Origin: an uncultured Smithella sp.
GTDB lineage: Bacteria; Desulfobacterota; Syntrophia; Syntrophales; Smithellaceae
Reading direction: 5' to 3'
Assembly (NCBI GenBank): GCA_964547345.1
Contig: CAZJMX010000005.1
Location: 64,678-128,677, forward strand
DNA: 64,000 bases
The position numbers and the translations under genes were made by a program. The notes under the pieces were generated by a model. It saw only the letters and a program-made list of their open reading frames with translations. It was not told where the DNA came from and did no database searches. Shown here piece after piece: positions 45,497 to 56,767 of the stretch (the stretch's first letter is position 1; the number at the start of each line of letters is the position of its first letter).

Positions 45497-47161
45497 ATGA
45501 AAAAGAAACTGATTGATATGATTGCCAAGACTGTGACGGCTTGCAGCGAGAAAGGATTGCTTCCCGCCGTCAATCTCTCGCAGATTGAAATCGAAGTGCC
45601 GGCAAGTCCGTTGCATGGAGATTATGCCTCCAATGTGGCCATGATTCTGGCGTCTCAGGCCAAACAAAATCCCCGCAAGATTGCCCAGGCCATCCAGGAT
45701 AATTTTTTGGATACGGAAGGCATTATTGAAAAAACGCAAATCGCCGGCCCCGGTTTTCTGAATTTTTTTATTAAGGATCCTGTCTGGCAACAGGTGCTCC
45801 AAACCATTCTTGACCAAAATGATCGATACGGGTTTGTCGATATCGGACAGGGGAAGAAGGTCCAGGTGGAGTTTGTCAGCGCCAATCCTACAGGACCCTT
45901 GCATATCGGCCATGCACGTGGCGCCGTCGTGGGGGATGTGCTGGTGAATCTGCTGACATCTGCCGGATATAGGGTTTCTAAAGAATACTATATTAACGAT
46001 GCGGGCAATCAGATGAATAATCTGGGCAAATCCGTGTGGTATCGATACCGGGAAGGGCAGGGCGAAGTGATCGAATTTCCGGAAAACTGCTATCGCGGTG
46101 ACTATATCAGGGACATCGCGCTAGATATCATTAAAAAAGATGGTGCAAAATATCTGACGGCCAACGAACGCGACACGATCACGTATTTTAACACGGTTGC
46201 CGGCAGCCGGATTCTTGATGAAATCAAGCAGGATTTAAAAGATTTTGGTGTGACGTTCGATTGTTATTTCAGCGAGAAAGAATTATACAAAAACAACGGT
46301 GTGAGCGATTTGCTGGCGTCTTTGCAAAAGCAGGGTTTTATCTATTCCGATGGTGAAACTCTTTGGTTTAAGACGACCGCGTTTGGTGATGAAAAAGACC
46401 GGGTGGTGATTCGAAAAAACGGCGAACCGACTTACTTTGCCGCCGACATCGCCTATCATAAAAACAAGTTTTCGCGCGGTTTTGACATCCTGATCGATAT
46501 CTGGGGCGCGGATCATCACGGGTACATGCCCCGCCTCTGGGCGGCGGTTCAAGCCCTCGGACACCAAAAAGAAGAGTTAAAAATCATTCTGGTGCAACTG
46601 GTGAACCTGCTGCGCGCGGGCGAGCCGGTGGCGATGTCCACGCGCTCCGGTGAGTTTGTCACGCTACGGGAAGTGCTCGACGAAGTGGGAAAGGATGCCG
46701 CTCGTTACAATTTCCTGATGCGCCGGTCGGACAGTCATCTGGATTTTGATCTGGAGCTTGCCAAAAAGCAGTCCAATGAAAATCCGGTCTACTATGTTCA
46801 ATACGCGTATGCCCGGATTTGCAGCATTATCCGCATGGCGCAGGAACGAGGAGTTGCCCTGCCGGTCTATAACGACATCAACCCATCACTTTTGGAAGAG
46901 CCGGAAGAGCGGACGCTGATCAAGATGCTGGCTCGCTATCCGGAAATGCTCGAAGGCGCGGTAAAGTCACTGGAAGTCCATCGCATCACGTTCTATCTTA
47001 ATGAACTGGCGGGAATCTTTCATAGTTATTACAATAAAAATAAGGTCATCACGGAAAATAATGATCTGACCACTGCGCGGTTGGTGTTGGTTGATGCCAT
47101 TCGCATTGTGATCGGCAATGCCCTGAAAATATTAGGTGTCAACGCGCCGGAAAAGATGTAA
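45497..47161 (+). CDS. argS: Arginine--tRNA ligase
   Basis: [15 protein letters not shown] (HIGH) and the C-terminal anticodon-binding domain. The ORF is open from TTG 45485. Confidence 0.96.
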   Translation: MKKKLIDMIAKTVTACSEKGLLPAVNLSQIEIEVPASPLHGDYASNVAMILASQAKQNPRKIAQAIQDNFLDTEGIIEKTQIAGPGFLNFFIKDPVWQQVLQTILDQNDRYGFVDIGQGKKVQVEFVSANPTGPLHIGHARGAVVGDVLVNLLTSAGYRVSKEYYINDAGNQMNNLGKSVWYRYREGQGEVIEFPENCYRGDYIRDIALDIIKKDGAKYLTANERDTITYFNTVAGSRILDEIKQDLKDFGVTFDCYFSEKELYKNNGVSDLLASLQKQGFIYSDGETLWFKTTAFGDEKDRVVIRKNGEPTYFAADIAYHKNKFSRGFDILIDIWGADHHGYMPRLWAAVQALGHQKEELKIILVQLVNLLRAGEPVAMSTRSGEFVTLREVLDEVGKDAARYNFLMRRSDSHLDFDLELAKKQSNENPVYYVQYAYARICSIIRMAQERGVALPVYNDINPSLLEEPEERTLIKMLARYPEMLEGAVKSLEVHRITFYLNELAGIFHSYYNKNKVITENNDLTTARLVLVDAIRIVIGNALKILGVNAPEKM

Positions 47162-47230
47162 GAGCATTCCGCAATACATTGGCCGTGAGCGATTCATCAA
47201 GTAGGAAAAGACTCCTTGCGGGAGGAACGA

Positions 47231-47998
47231 ATGGGAATGGGCACGGGAAACATTAAAAAATTTGAATTGAAGCTGGGAAAAACAGGCATCCTCATCACCG
47301 TTTTCGGGATGGCCGCGCTTCTTTGCGCTTCGTTCATTTTGGGTGTTGCGGTCGGAAAGAATATTGATACGTACCCCGAAAAGATTTCCTCACTGCCGCA
47401 ACAGGTGTTGGCCTTCTTCTGGCGTCCGGCAAAAGTTGCCGTCAATCAAACTCAGGCCAAAGAAGCAGTCTCTGATAAAGGCAATATGGATTTGACGTTT
47501 CATAATGATCTGACCCAATCGAAAACGCCGTCTATCCAGTCGCCGCCGGTTGTCGAGAAAAAACAGGAGACGACCGTTGTTGCGGATCAAAAAGCAGCGA
47601 TACCTGTGCCGCCTGTAAATTTGCCAGTGGAAGAAAATATTACAAAAAAAGAAGCAGCGCCAGTCCCACCGAAAGCAGGAGACGAAAAATCCATTCCGGT
47701 GAGCAAAGCTCCTGATAAGGAGTCGTCTGTCACATCCGGCGCTTTATTTATCATTCATGTGGCGTCTTTAAAAGAAAAGAATAAGGCTGATCAGATTCAT
47801 AAATCGGTAGTCGAACTGGGATACAAGTCGAAGGTTGTTAAAGTGGATATTAAAGGAAAGGGAATCTGGTATCGTGTGCTTGTGCCTGGATTTGAAACGA
47901 AAGCGCAGGCCAAGGCTGCCGTGGATAAAATTTCCCGAAAGGTCAAAACCAATTGTGTCATTCGGACCGCCGGCACGGATGCAGACAAGAACCAATAA
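47231..47998 (+). CDS. SPOR-domain membrane protein (septal peptidoglycan binding)
   Basis: One TM helix, a low-complexity linker and a C-terminal SPOR (FIIHVASLKEKNKADQ...GIWYRVLVPGFETKAQAKAA). Confidence 0.8.
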   Translation: MGMGTGNIKKFELKLGKTGILITVFGMAALLCASFILGVAVGKNIDTYPEKISSLPQQVLAFFWRPAKVAVNQTQAKEAVSDKGNMDLTFHNDLTQSKTPSIQSPPVVEKKQETTVVADQKAAIPVPPVNLPVEENITKKEAAPVPPKAGDEKSIPVSKAPDKESSVTSGALFIIHVASLKEKNKADQIHKSVVELGYKSKVVKVDIKGKGIWYRVLVPGFETKAQAKAAVDKISRKVKTNCVIRTAGTDADKNQ

Positions 47999-48013
47999 TT
48001 GAAGGCGTAAATT

Positions 48014-49342
48014 ATGTTTGAAAGTTTGTCGGAAAAACTTGAAGGTATTTTCAAGAAGCTCAAGGGACGCGGTGTGCTCAATGAGGAGAGTGTCAACGCC
48101 GCGCTCAAGGAAGTTCGCATGGCGCTTCTGGAAGCGGATGTGAACTTCAAAGTGGTCAAGGATTTTGTAGAGGATGTGCGCTGCTTGGCTATCGGCAAGG
48201 AGGTGCTGGACAGCATTACACCCGGTCAGCAGGTGGTCAAGATTGTCCACGACCGTCTGGTTGATCTCATGGGTCAGACCAGCGCCAATATCAAATTCGG
48301 CTCACGGATTCCCGCCCCCATTATGCTCGTTGGCCTTCAGGGCTGCGGAAAAACGACAACGGCGGCAAAACTTGCCCGTTTATTATCCAAAGAAAAAAGA
48401 GTTTATCTGGTCTCGGCAGACGTGTATCGGCCTGCGGCGATGGAGCAGCTGGCCGTTTTGGGCAGGCAGATCAAGGCCGGTGTTTTCGAGGCGGGATCGC
48501 TTCGGGATCCAGTAAAGATATGCGTTGAAGCAGTTGAACAGGCCCGAAAAGAGGGTTACGAGGTTATCATCATCGATACCGCCGGACGACTGCACATCGA
48601 CGATCTTCTTATGGATGAGCTTCGCAACATCAGAGATAAAGTTAATCCGGCGGAAATTCTGTATGTGGCCGACGCCATGACCGGTCAGGATGCCGTCAAT
48701 GTCGGCATGAAATTCAATGAATTGATCGGAATTGACGGCGTGATCATGACGAAAATGGACGGTGACGCCCGCGGCGGCGCGGCCCTGTCGCTCAAAGCCG
48801 TTGTGGGAAAGCCCCTTAAATTTGTCGGTATCGGCGAAAAGATCGATGCACTGGAAGTATTTCATCCGCAGAGAATGGCGAGCCGGATTCTGGGGATGGG
48901 CGATATCCTGTCTCTGGTGGAAAAGGCGCAGGCCACCATTGATGAAAAGACTGCCCGCCAGATGGAACAGACGCTGCGTAAAAGCGAATTTACGTTGGAA
49001 GATTTTCGTAATCACCTTCAGCAGATCAAGAAAATGGGGTCGCTCAAAGATTTAATGGGGATGATTCCGGGTATGAGCAAAATCAAGGCGCTCAAAGACG
49101 CTCAGCCGGATGAAGGGGAACTGGTTAAAATCACAGCCATGATTGACTCGATGACCCCAAAGGAACGTTGCAACTATCTGCTGATCGACGGTCGCAGGCG
49201 AAAACGGATTGCACTGGGCAGCGGGACAACTGTTCAGGATATCAACAGGCTTTTGAAAAACTACGTTGAAATCCGCAAGATGATGAAAAAAATAAATACG
49301 CAAGGCGGAATAAAATCCTTCATGAGGAATTTCCCCTTTTAA
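48014..49342 (+). CDS. ffh: Signal recognition particle protein Ffh
   Basis: GLQGCGKTTT, DTAGRL, TKMDGDARGG and the Met-rich M domain. Confidence 0.97.
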   Translation: MFESLSEKLEGIFKKLKGRGVLNEESVNAALKEVRMALLEADVNFKVVKDFVEDVRCLAIGKEVLDSITPGQQVVKIVHDRLVDLMGQTSANIKFGSRIPAPIMLVGLQGCGKTTTAAKLARLLSKEKRVYLVSADVYRPAAMEQLAVLGRQIKAGVFEAGSLRDPVKICVEAVEQARKEGYEVIIIDTAGRLHIDDLLMDELRNIRDKVNPAEILYVADAMTGQDAVNVGMKFNELIGIDGVIMTKMDGDARGGAALSLKAVVGKPLKFVGIGEKIDALEVFHPQRMASRILGMGDILSLVEKAQATIDEKTARQMEQTLRKSEFTLEDFRNHLQQIKKMGSLKDLMGMIPGMSKIKALKDAQPDEGELVKITAMIDSMTPKERCNYLLIDGRRRKRIALGSGTTVQDINRLLKNYVEIRKMMKKINTQGGIKSFMRNFPF

Positions 49343-49409
49343 AATCAAATAAACTGTGATAAAAAAATTATATATTACTATCGTCGAAGGAGGTTTTAAG
49401 TAAAACTAA

Positions 49410-49664
49410 ATGGCAGTTAAAATTCGATTAACTCGTATGGGCGCGAAAGGTAAACCTTTTTACCGTATTGTCGCTGCGGATAAAGAATATCCTCGTGATG
49501 GAAAATTTTTGGAAATATTAGGGAACTATGACCCCAAGAAGAATCCGGCGGAAATTTCCTTAAAAGAAGATCGTGTGCGCGATTGGCTGTCCAAAGGCGC
49601 AAAACCGACCGTGACGGTTTCTCATCTGCTGAAAACAAAAGGCATCGCAGCCAGCGCTAAATAA
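49410..49664 (+). CDS. rpsP: 30S ribosomal protein S16
   Basis: MAVKIRLTRMGAKGKPFYRIVAAD. Confidence 0.97.
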   Translation: MAVKIRLTRMGAKGKPFYRIVAADKEYPRDGKFLEILGNYDPKKNPAEISLKEDRVRDWLSKGAKPTVTVSHLLKTKGIAASAK

Positions 49665-49808
49665 AATAATGGTTGGGCTATTTGTTTAACTGTGAGAAAG
49701 AGTTAGAGATTGTTTATCTATCGTCCCACGTCATTAATTTAAGCAAGCAGAGCGAATATTGAAGTGAATTTCCAGATGCGTTAACCAAAATCAGTGGAGG
49801 TGCTGACG

Positions 49809-50039
49809 ATGAAGGATTTGATCAAGTATATATCTCAATCTTTAGTTGACAATCCCGATAAGGTGGAAGTTACTGAAATAATTGGTGAACAGACATCTGT
49901 CATTGAGCTGCGTGTGGCGAAGGAAGACTTAGGAAAAGTTATCGGCAAACAGGGACGAACCGCAAAAGCAATCAGGACAATTTTAAGCGCCACGTCCGCG
50001 AAAGTTCATAAACGGGCAGTTCTGGAAATTATTGAATAG
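49809..50039 (+). CDS. KH-domain RNA-binding protein (UPF0109/YlqC family)
   Basis: [18 protein letters not shown] in the conserved rpsP-KH-rimM position. Confidence 0.85.
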   Translation: MKDLIKYISQSLVDNPDKVEVTEIIGEQTSVIELRVAKEDLGKVIGKQGRTAKAIRTILSATSAKVHKRAVLEIIE

Positions 50040-50041
50040 CA

Positions 50042-50545
50042 ATGAATCTTTTTGTTTTTGGGGAGATCGTCAAAACGCGAGGTCTCCGTGGCTGTGTCAA
50101 AGCTCTGTCCTTTCTGGAATCTTCCGATGTTTTTGACCGGCTTGACTTTGTTTATGTTGAAGCAAAGTCCGGTCAGACAAGCCGTTATCCCATAAAAAAG
50201 ATCAATTCCGCCGGAAAAATTATGTTTCTTGAGCTTGACGGTATATCTGATGTTGATATGGCCGGAGCACTTGTGGGGTCTAAGTTACTGATGCCCAGAG
50301 ATTTGCTCAGCGAGCTTCAGGAAGATGAATATTTCTGGCAGGACATTATCGGTTTGGATGTGTATTCCACGGAAGGTCGCCATCTCGGAAAAATAGAATC
50401 GATATTTCCAACTGGAAGCAACGACGTGTATGTCTGCCGGGGTGGAGAAAGAGAAATTCTCATTCCGGCTATTGCCGATGCAATCGAACGGATTGACCTT
50501 CAAGGTCGCAAAATAACCATAAAATTGCTGGAAGGCCTGCTTTAG
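50042..50545 (+). CDS. rimM: Ribosome maturation factor RimM
   Basis: GLRGCVK, GSNDVYV and the PRC barrel. Confidence 0.93.
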   Translation: MNLFVFGEIVKTRGLRGCVKALSFLESSDVFDRLDFVYVEAKSGQTSRYPIKKINSAGKIMFLELDGISDVDMAGALVGSKLLMPRDLLSELQEDEYFWQDIIGLDVYSTEGRHLGKIESIFPTGSNDVYVCRGGEREILIPAIADAIERIDLQGRKITIKLLEGLL

Positions 50546-51282
50546 TGATTCGATTTGATGTTTTGTCCATTTTTCCGGAAATGTTGCATTCCCCCCTCGG
50601 GTTCAGTCTTCTAAAAAAAGCTCAGGAAAAAAATCTGATTGAAATCGGTTTGCATGATATCCGCGATTATGCAGTAGATAAGCACAAGATGACCGACGAT
50701 GCCCCGTATGGCGGGGGATGCGGTATGGTCATGAAAGTGGAACCTGTGGAGCGCGCGCTGATGGCGGTCAGGCGCGATGAACTCAAGCCGCTGGTTGTGT
50801 TAATGACGCCTCAGGGCGAACAATTCAACCAGAAAATCGCTGCGGAATTTTCAAGGAAGGCGCAGCTGATTCTGATCTGCGGGCGCTACGAGGGTTTTGA
50901 CGAGCGCATTCGGGAGCATCTGGCCGATCTGGAAATTTCCATCGGCGATTACGTTCTAACCGGAGGCGAATTGCCTGCTCTGGTCGTGATTGATGCAGTG
51001 GCCAGACTGATACCGGGTGTTTTGGGCAACGATGAATCCATCGGAACGGAATCTTTTGCAGAGGGGGTTCTGGAATATCCGCAATTTACAAGGCCTGCTG
51101 AATACAAAACCTGGAGCGTTCCCAATGTGCTTGTTTCAGGAAATCACGCGGAAATTGAGCGCTGGCGAAAAGTGGAGTCGCTCAAAAAAACATGGCGCAG
51201 AAGGCCTGATCTGCTCGATGCAGTCAATCTCTCCAAGGAAGACAAAGACATTCTGGAAAAAATAAAGCTCGGTCAGATATAA
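50545..51282 (+). CDS. trmD: tRNA (guanine37-N1)-methyltransferase TrmD (GTG start)
   Basis: [25 protein letters not shown] and [14 protein letters not shown]. Confidence 0.95.
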   Translation: MIRFDVLSIFPEMLHSPLGFSLLKKAQEKNLIEIGLHDIRDYAVDKHKMTDDAPYGGGCGMVMKVEPVERALMAVRRDELKPLVVLMTPQGEQFNQKIAAEFSRKAQLILICGRYEGFDERIREHLADLEISIGDYVLTGGELPALVVIDAVARLIPGVLGNDESIGTESFAEGVLEYPQFTRPAEYKTWSVPNVLVSGNHAEIERWRKVESLKKTWRRRPDLLDAVNLSKEDKDILEKIKLGQI

Positions 51283-51315
51283 AGGCTTGATTTTTGGATA
51301 GGTTTGAGTTAAGAA

Positions 51316-51347
51316 AGCCAGCTTTTTTAATTGGGCTGGTTTTTTTT
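51316..51347 (+). terminator. Possible intrinsic terminator/attenuator inside the trmD-rplS block
   Basis: agccagc...gctggtt hairpin followed by TTTTTTT. Confidence 0.5.
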
Positions 51348-51367
51348 AAGAAAGATCAGTCGACAAA

Positions 51368-51928
51368 ATGATTATGCTTTATATAGCTCTTTTACATTAT
51401 CCGGTCATCAATAAGGAAGGCAAGGTGGTTGCCACGTCCGTTGCCAATATGGATATTCATGATATCGCCCGGACGACGAAAACTTATGGCGTGGCGCGCT
51501 ATTATGTTGTCAATCCGGTTAGGGCCCAACAGGAGTTGGCGTCCCAAATTGTCGGTCACTGGCGGGAAGGTTATGGCGCGGGACATAATTTGTCCAGAAA
51601 AGAGGCATTTCAGACCGTGCAGATTAAATCCAATCTGGATGAAGTCGTTTCTGAGATTACAGCCGAACATCGTGTCAAACCGCAAATGGTTGTGACAGGC
51701 GCCGGATTTCAGGGCAACTTGTTGACATGCAGCCGATTTAAGGAGATGCTCAAAAGGAATCGTTTGCCTTATCTATTAATTTTTGGTACAGGCTCAGGCA
51801 TCGCTGAGGAAATCGTCATTCAAGCGGATTACCGTCTTGAACCGATAAAAGGAAAAGACGGATATAATCATCTTTCGGTGCGGTCAGCCGTAGCCATTAT
51901 TTTGGACAGGGTTGTAGATATCTCATAA
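51368..51928 (+). CDS. Predicted SPOUT-like RNA methyltransferase (Methyltrn_RNA_4/DUF2168-like)
   Basis: ALLHYPVINKEGKVVATSVANMDIHDIARTTKTYGV...LLIFGTGSGIAEE, lying between trmD and rplS. Confidence 0.65.
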   Translation: MIMLYIALLHYPVINKEGKVVATSVANMDIHDIARTTKTYGVARYYVVNPVRAQQELASQIVGHWREGYGAGHNLSRKEAFQTVQIKSNLDEVVSEITAEHRVKPQMVVTGAGFQGNLLTCSRFKEMLKRNRLPYLLIFGTGSGIAEEIVIQADYRLEPIKGKDGYNHLSVRSAVAIILDRVVDIS

Positions 51929-51963
51929 AATAATATTGCGTTAGTCGCGGGAGGAAATATAAA

Positions 51964-52311
51964 ATGAACATTATGGAAATGATTGAAAAAGAACAAATGA
52001 GAGGGGATATTCCCGGCTTTAAAACGGGTGATACCGTGAAAGTATATGTCCGCATTATTGAAGGTCAGAAACAAAGAATTCAGGCTTTTGAAGGCGTTGT
52101 GATCCGCAAACGCCAGGGCAACAGTCGGTCCAATTTCACCGTTCGTAAAGTATCGTATGGTGTCGGCGTCGAAAGAACATTTCCTCTGCATTCGCCGGTT
52201 ATCGACCGCATTGAAGTCGTGACGAAGGGCTTGGTGCGTCGTTCGCGTCTTTATTATTTAAGAAGCCTCAGAGGCAAAAAAGCGAGAATTAAGGAAGCGG
52301 GCAACAAATAA
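51964..52311 (+). CDS. rplS: 50S ribosomal protein L19
   Basis: [29 protein letters not shown]. Confidence 0.97.
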   Translation: MNIMEMIEKEQMRGDIPGFKTGDTVKVYVRIIEGQKQRIQAFEGVVIRKRQGNSRSNFTVRKVSYGVGVERTFPLHSPVIDRIEVVTKGLVRRSRLYYLRSLRGKKARIKEAGNK

Positions 52312-52330
52312 TATCCGTCCGTAAGGCGAG

Positions 52331-52951
52331 ATGGACACATACGAAAAGCTTGCGCATGTAGAGGGCTATCGATGCATTGCGGGCGTTGACGAAGCCGGCC
52401 GGGGACCACTGGCCGGTCCTGTTGTCGCCGCCGCCGTTATTTTCCCTGCCGCCTATCAGAATTCCGAAATTAATGATTCCAAAAAACTGACCGCCGACAA
52501 AAGAAATGAACTCTACAAAATCATTTCCGAGGAAGCGCTTGCCGTAGGTGTAGGCGTTGCGGATGTTGACGTCATTGACCGGATCAATATTCTCAAAGCA
52601 TCTCTTTTGGCCATGCGGGAAGCGGTTCTGGAACTTGCTGACGCGCCCGACTTTCTTTTGATCGATGGCCTGTATCACATTCCCATGGATCTGCCGCAAA
52701 GGGCTCTGGTCAAAGGTGATCAGTTGAGTGTTTCCATCGCCGCCGCGTCGATTATCGCCAAAGTGTCGCGCGACCGGATCATGGAAATGTATCACCGTCA
52801 GTTTCCCCAATACAACTTTCTGCAAAATAAAGGCTACGGCACGGCTGAGCATCGGAAAATCATTGGCGATGTCGGTCTTTGTAAAATTCATCGCCGGTCG
52901 TTTCATTTAAAAAAATCGGACACGCATCAAACTGAACTGGATTGGTCATGA
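52331..52951 (+). CDS. rnhB: Ribonuclease HII
   Basis: GVDEAGRGPLAGPVVAAAV, DSKKL and the SIAAASIIAKV motif. Confidence 0.95.
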   Translation: MDTYEKLAHVEGYRCIAGVDEAGRGPLAGPVVAAAVIFPAAYQNSEINDSKKLTADKRNELYKIISEEALAVGVGVADVDVIDRINILKASLLAMREAVLELADAPDFLLIDGLYHIPMDLPQRALVKGDQLSVSIAAASIIAKVSRDRIMEMYHRQFPQYNFLQNKGYGTAEHRKIIGDVGLCKIHRRSFHLKKSDTHQTELDWS

Positions 52952-53334
52952 CGTCTGATATCAAAGACATGCGCAAAATATCGACGGGGAAAGAAGGCGA
53001 AAAGATTGCCGCCGATTATCTGAAAAAAAACGGTTATCGGATCTTGGAAATCAATTACCGCTGTCCGATCGGAGAAATTGATATCATCGCCCTGGACAGA
53101 AGTGATCTGGTGTTTGTGGAAGTGAAGGCCAGAAAATCCAGCGCCCTAGGGTATCCTGAACAGGCGGTGGGCGTCAAAAAGCAAAGAAAGATGTCCCAAC
53201 TGGCGCTGTGGTATCTTCAGAAAAAAAAATTAAACGATACCCGCGCCCGTTTTGATGTTGTGGCCATTCTTTTGTTGCCGTCAGGCAATGACATCCGCCT
53301 GATCAGAAATGCTTTTGATTTTGTTTCTTTCTAA
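52948..53334 (+). CDS. yraN: YraN-family (UPF0102) endonuclease-like protein
   Basis: GEKIAADYLKKNGYRILEINYRCPIGEIDIIA...LVFVEVKAR. The ATG overlaps the rnhB stop (ATGA). Confidence 0.85.
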   Translation: MTSDIKDMRKISTGKEGEKIAADYLKKNGYRILEINYRCPIGEIDIIALDRSDLVFVEVKARKSSALGYPEQAVGVKKQRKMSQLALWYLQKKKLNDTRARFDVVAILLLPSGNDIRLIRNAFDFVSF

Positions 53335-53339
53335 ATCCT

Positions 53340-54716
53340 CTAGAAACGGCTCAGCGCCGGTTTCCCGATGGGAAACACGTTAAAGCCGATTTCAAAACAC
53401 TTCTGGTGATCGACAATATTGCGCCCGTCAAAAATAAACGCGGGTTTAATCATCGATTTGAATATTTTGCGATAATCCAGTTTGCGGTATAAATCCCAAT
53501 CCGTCATGACGGCCAACGCGTGGCAGCCGACAGCCGCCTTGTATGGGTCTTCGACATAGCTGATCGTGCCTTCGTCATGGGCCAGATCGATGGCTGCATT
53601 TTCCAAGGCTTTGGGGTCGGAGATGACCACTTCGGCATGTTCCGCAAGGAGCTTGCGGGTGATATTAATTGCGGGGCTTTCCCGTGTGTCGCCCGTATCA
53701 GCCTTGAACGCGAAACCCAGGACACATATTTTTTTCCCGGCCAGCGTGTTGAACATGGTTCTGAGAATATTGGAAATAAACCGCTCCTGCTGATATTCGT
53801 TGATTTTGACGACGTTCTCCCAGTAGGCGGCCACTTCCGGCAGACCGTAATAATGGCAGAGATAGACCAGATTCAGTATGTCTTTCTTAAAGCATGAGCC
53901 GCCAAAGCCGATGCCGGCTTTGAGAAATTTGGCGCCTATCCGGCTGTCCATGCCTACCGCCCTTGCGACTTCGGAGATGTCGGCGTCCGCTCTTTCGCAA
54001 AGCGCCGATATGGAATTGATGGAGGATACCCTTTGTGCCAGAAAAGCGTTGGCGACCAGTTTGGATAATTCTGAACTCCAGATGTTGGACGTGATGATTT
54101 TGTCCGGAGCAATCCAGCGGGCGTAAATATTTACCAATTCTGCGCGGGCTTTGAGGCCGCTTTTGTTTTCGCGGGAGCCGATGAGCACACGGTCGGGATT
54201 TTCCAAATCGCTCATGGCTGTTCCTTCCGCCATGAATTCAGGATTCGACAGGACTTCAAAGGAAATTTTGCCCTTACCCGAAGAAAGGATGCGCTCCATG
54301 GCCAATGCTGTTTTTACAGGCAGCGTGCTTTTTTCAATGACGATTTTTGAGGATTCGGAATGATCCAGAATTTGTCTGGCTGTTTTCTCCCAGTATTGTA
54401 AATCTGCGGCCATGCCGGCGCCCGTGCCGAATGTTTTTGTCGGCGTATTCACGCTGACAAAAATAATATCGTTTTCTTTGATCTGTTGGTCCGTGTCTTT
54501 AGAAAAGAATAAATTTTTCCCACGTGTTTTCTGTACGATTTCATCCAGTCCCGGTTCATAAACGGGAAGATGGTTTGAATTCCAAGCGTCAATTCGCTGA
54601 TGGTTGATGTCGACGACAGTCACTTTGTAATCCGGGCATTTGCAGGCAATCATGGCCATTGAGGGGGCCCCGACGTAACCCGCACCGATACAGAGTATTT
54701 TCTTCTTGAATTTCAT
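53340..54716 (-). CDS. ugd: UDP-glucose 6-dehydrogenase (long, eukaryote-like type)
   Basis: CIGAGYVGAPSMAMIA, catalytic GFGGSCFKKD and FKADTGDTRESPA. Confidence 0.92.
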   Translation of the reverse strand: MKFKKKILCIGAGYVGAPSMAMIACKCPDYKVTVVDINHQRIDAWNSNHLPVYEPGLDEIVQKTRGKNLFFSKDTDQQIKENDIIFVSVNTPTKTFGTGAGMAADLQYWEKTARQILDHSESSKIVIEKSTLPVKTALAMERILSSGKGKISFEVLSNPEFMAEGTAMSDLENPDRVLIGSRENKSGLKARAELVNIYARWIAPDKIITSNIWSSELSKLVANAFLAQRVSSINSISALCERADADISEVARAVGMDSRIGAKFLKAGIGFGGSCFKKDILNLVYLCHYYGLPEVAAYWENVVKINEYQQERFISNILRTMFNTLAGKKICVLGFAFKADTGDTRESPAINITRKLLAEHAEVVISDPKALENAAIDLAHDEGTISYVEDPYKAAVGCHALAVMTDWDLYRKLDYRKIFKSMIKPAFIFDGRNIVDHQKCFEIGFNVFPIGKPALSRF

Positions 54717-54740
54717 ATTACTGAGTTTTTCCTCTCTATT

Positions 54741-55682
54741 TTAGACAGATTTCAGCGCTTCGCGAAAATGGGCAACCGTGCTGACCAAACCCTGCTCCAG
54801 AGCGATCTTTGGCTGCCAGCCTAGTTTTTCTTCGGCTAGGGTGATGTCCGGTTTGCGCTGGGTCGGGTCATCCGCCGGCAGAGGCTGGAAATCAAGCCGG
54901 GATTTGCTTTTTGTCATTGTGATGATGAGCTCGGCTAATTCCAGAATGGTAAATTCACCCGGATTGCCCAGATTGATGGGGCCATAAACATCATCCGGTG
55001 CGTTCATCATTCGAATCATCCCGTCGATTAAATCGTCGCAATAGCAGAAGGAACGGGTTTGAGAGCCACTGCCGTAAATGGTTATATCTTTGCCCTGCAG
55101 CGCCTGAATGATGAAGTTGCTGACGACACGGCCATCATTGACGGCCATGCGGGGCCCGTAGGTATTGAAGATGCGCACAATTTTGGTGTTGACGGCATTT
55201 TGCCTGCGGTAATCCATCATCAGGCACTCAGCGGCTCGTTTGCCTTCATCGTAGCAACTGCGGATGCCGATGGGGTTGACACGCCCCCAGTAGGTTTCTT
55301 TCTGCGGGTGGACTTCCGGATCGCCATACACTTCCGATGTGGACGCCTGAAGGATTTTTGCTCGGGTTCTTTTGGCGATTCCCAGGACATTAATGGCCCC
55401 CATGACATTGGTTTTGATCGTCTTGATGGGATTGGACTGGTAATGGACCGGCGATGCCGGACAGGCCAGATTATAGATTTCATCCACTTCCAGATAGATG
55501 GGATTGGTAATGTCGTGGCGGATTAACTCAAAGTGCGGATGTCCTGAAAGATGAGAGATGTTGTGTTTGCTGCCGGTGAAAAAATTGTCCAGGCACAGCA
55601 CATCCTGGCCTTCGTTTAAAAGCCGTTCGCAAAGATGAGAACCTAAAAACCCGGCACCGCCGGTGATTAATATTTTTTTCAT
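54741..55682 (-). CDS. UDP-glucuronate decarboxylase (UDP-xylose synthase)
   Basis: [31 protein letters not shown] and [10 protein letters not shown]. Confidence 0.9.
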   Translation of the reverse strand: MKKILITGGAGFLGSHLCERLLNEGQDVLCLDNFFTGSKHNISHLSGHPHFELIRHDITNPIYLEVDEIYNLACPASPVHYQSNPIKTIKTNVMGAINVLGIAKRTRAKILQASTSEVYGDPEVHPQKETYWGRVNPIGIRSCYDEGKRAAECLMMDYRRQNAVNTKIVRIFNTYGPRMAVNDGRVVSNFIIQALQGKDITIYGSGSQTRSFCYCDDLIDGMIRMMNAPDDVYGPINLGNPGEFTILELAELIITMTKSKSRLDFQPLPADDPTQRKPDITLAEEKLGWQPKIALEQGLVSTVAHFREALKSV

Positions 55683-55787
55683 AATATGAACCGATCATTT
55701 CCGTGTGGTATTTTATTTTTTCTTTTGTTATTTAACCTGAAAGAATATGTTGATGTCAACAACAAAAAAGGATTTGATGATGTTTAT

Positions 55788-56651
55788 ATGATCAATCACG
55801 TGGTGAAACAGAAGGGCGTTCTATATATCGTCGCTACACCCATCGGCAATCTGGAAGATATTACGTTTCGGGCGATTCGCGTGTTGAAAGAAGTTGACCT
55901 GATTGCTGCGGAAGATACGCGACACACCCGTATCCTCCTTACTGCCTATGATATTCACACGCCAGTCACCAGCCTGCACGAGCACAATGAAAAAGAACGA
56001 AGCGTGGTCATCGTGTCCAAACTGGAGGCAGGGAGAAACGTTGCTTATGTTTCCGATGCCGGCACACCCTGTATCTCCGATCCCGGCTACCGTCTGGTCG
56101 ACCTCGCGCGGGAACAAGACATCCGGGTGATTCCCATCCCGGGACCGTCGGCAGTGATTACATCGTTGTCCGTCTGTGGTTTCCCTACGGATCGTTTTTT
56201 GTTTTGCGGCTTTCTCCCTCCGAAAGAAAATCAGAGACGCAAGTTTCTGGAATCGATTCAACATGAGGAAAATATCGTCATTTTCTATGAATCTCCGGCC
56301 AGGATTGCTGCTGTGTTGAACGACGTCATGGATGTGTTGGGCGACAGGCAGATCGTTTTGGCGCGAGAACTAACCAAAATGTTTGAAGACATTCGGCGGG
56401 GGCGGGTCTCCGAGCTTTTAGATCAGATGTCCGCCGTCAAACCGAAAGGAGAATTTACGGTGATCCTACAGGGGGCCATCCCCGGGCCTGCATCAATTTC
56501 CGACGACGACATTCGGGAAAAACTGACGCGTTTTCAGGAAACAGGCGTTGCATCATTGCGCGATGCTGTTTTTGCCGTTGTCCGCGAAACAGGGCAGTCA
56601 AAGAAAAGAGTTTACGACATCGCTGTAAAAATGCGTCCGGATCACCCTTAA
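55788..56651 (+). CDS. rsmI: 16S rRNA (cytidine1402-2'-O)-methyltransferase RsmI
   Basis: LYIVATPIGNLEDITFRAIRVLKEVDLIAAEDTRHT. The ORF is open from 55686, but that would abut the divergent uxs start. Confidence 0.9.
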   Translation: MINHVVKQKGVLYIVATPIGNLEDITFRAIRVLKEVDLIAAEDTRHTRILLTAYDIHTPVTSLHEHNEKERSVVIVSKLEAGRNVAYVSDAGTPCISDPGYRLVDLAREQDIRVIPIPGPSAVITSLSVCGFPTDRFLFCGFLPPKENQRRKFLESIQHEENIVIFYESPARIAAVLNDVMDVLGDRQIVLARELTKMFEDIRRGRVSELLDQMSAVKPKGEFTVILQGAIPGPASISDDDIREKLTRFQETGVASLRDAVFAVVRETGQSKKRVYDIAVKMRPDHP

Positions 56652-56767
56652 ATCGGGGAAAAAGACTGTATATAGTGCTTGAAGAGTTTTTTGCACTGTG
56701 GTAACTCCTTGAACAAATCAGTGGAAAGTTAATAATTTTATTTGTATGGCGTGTGTTAGGGAGTAAA

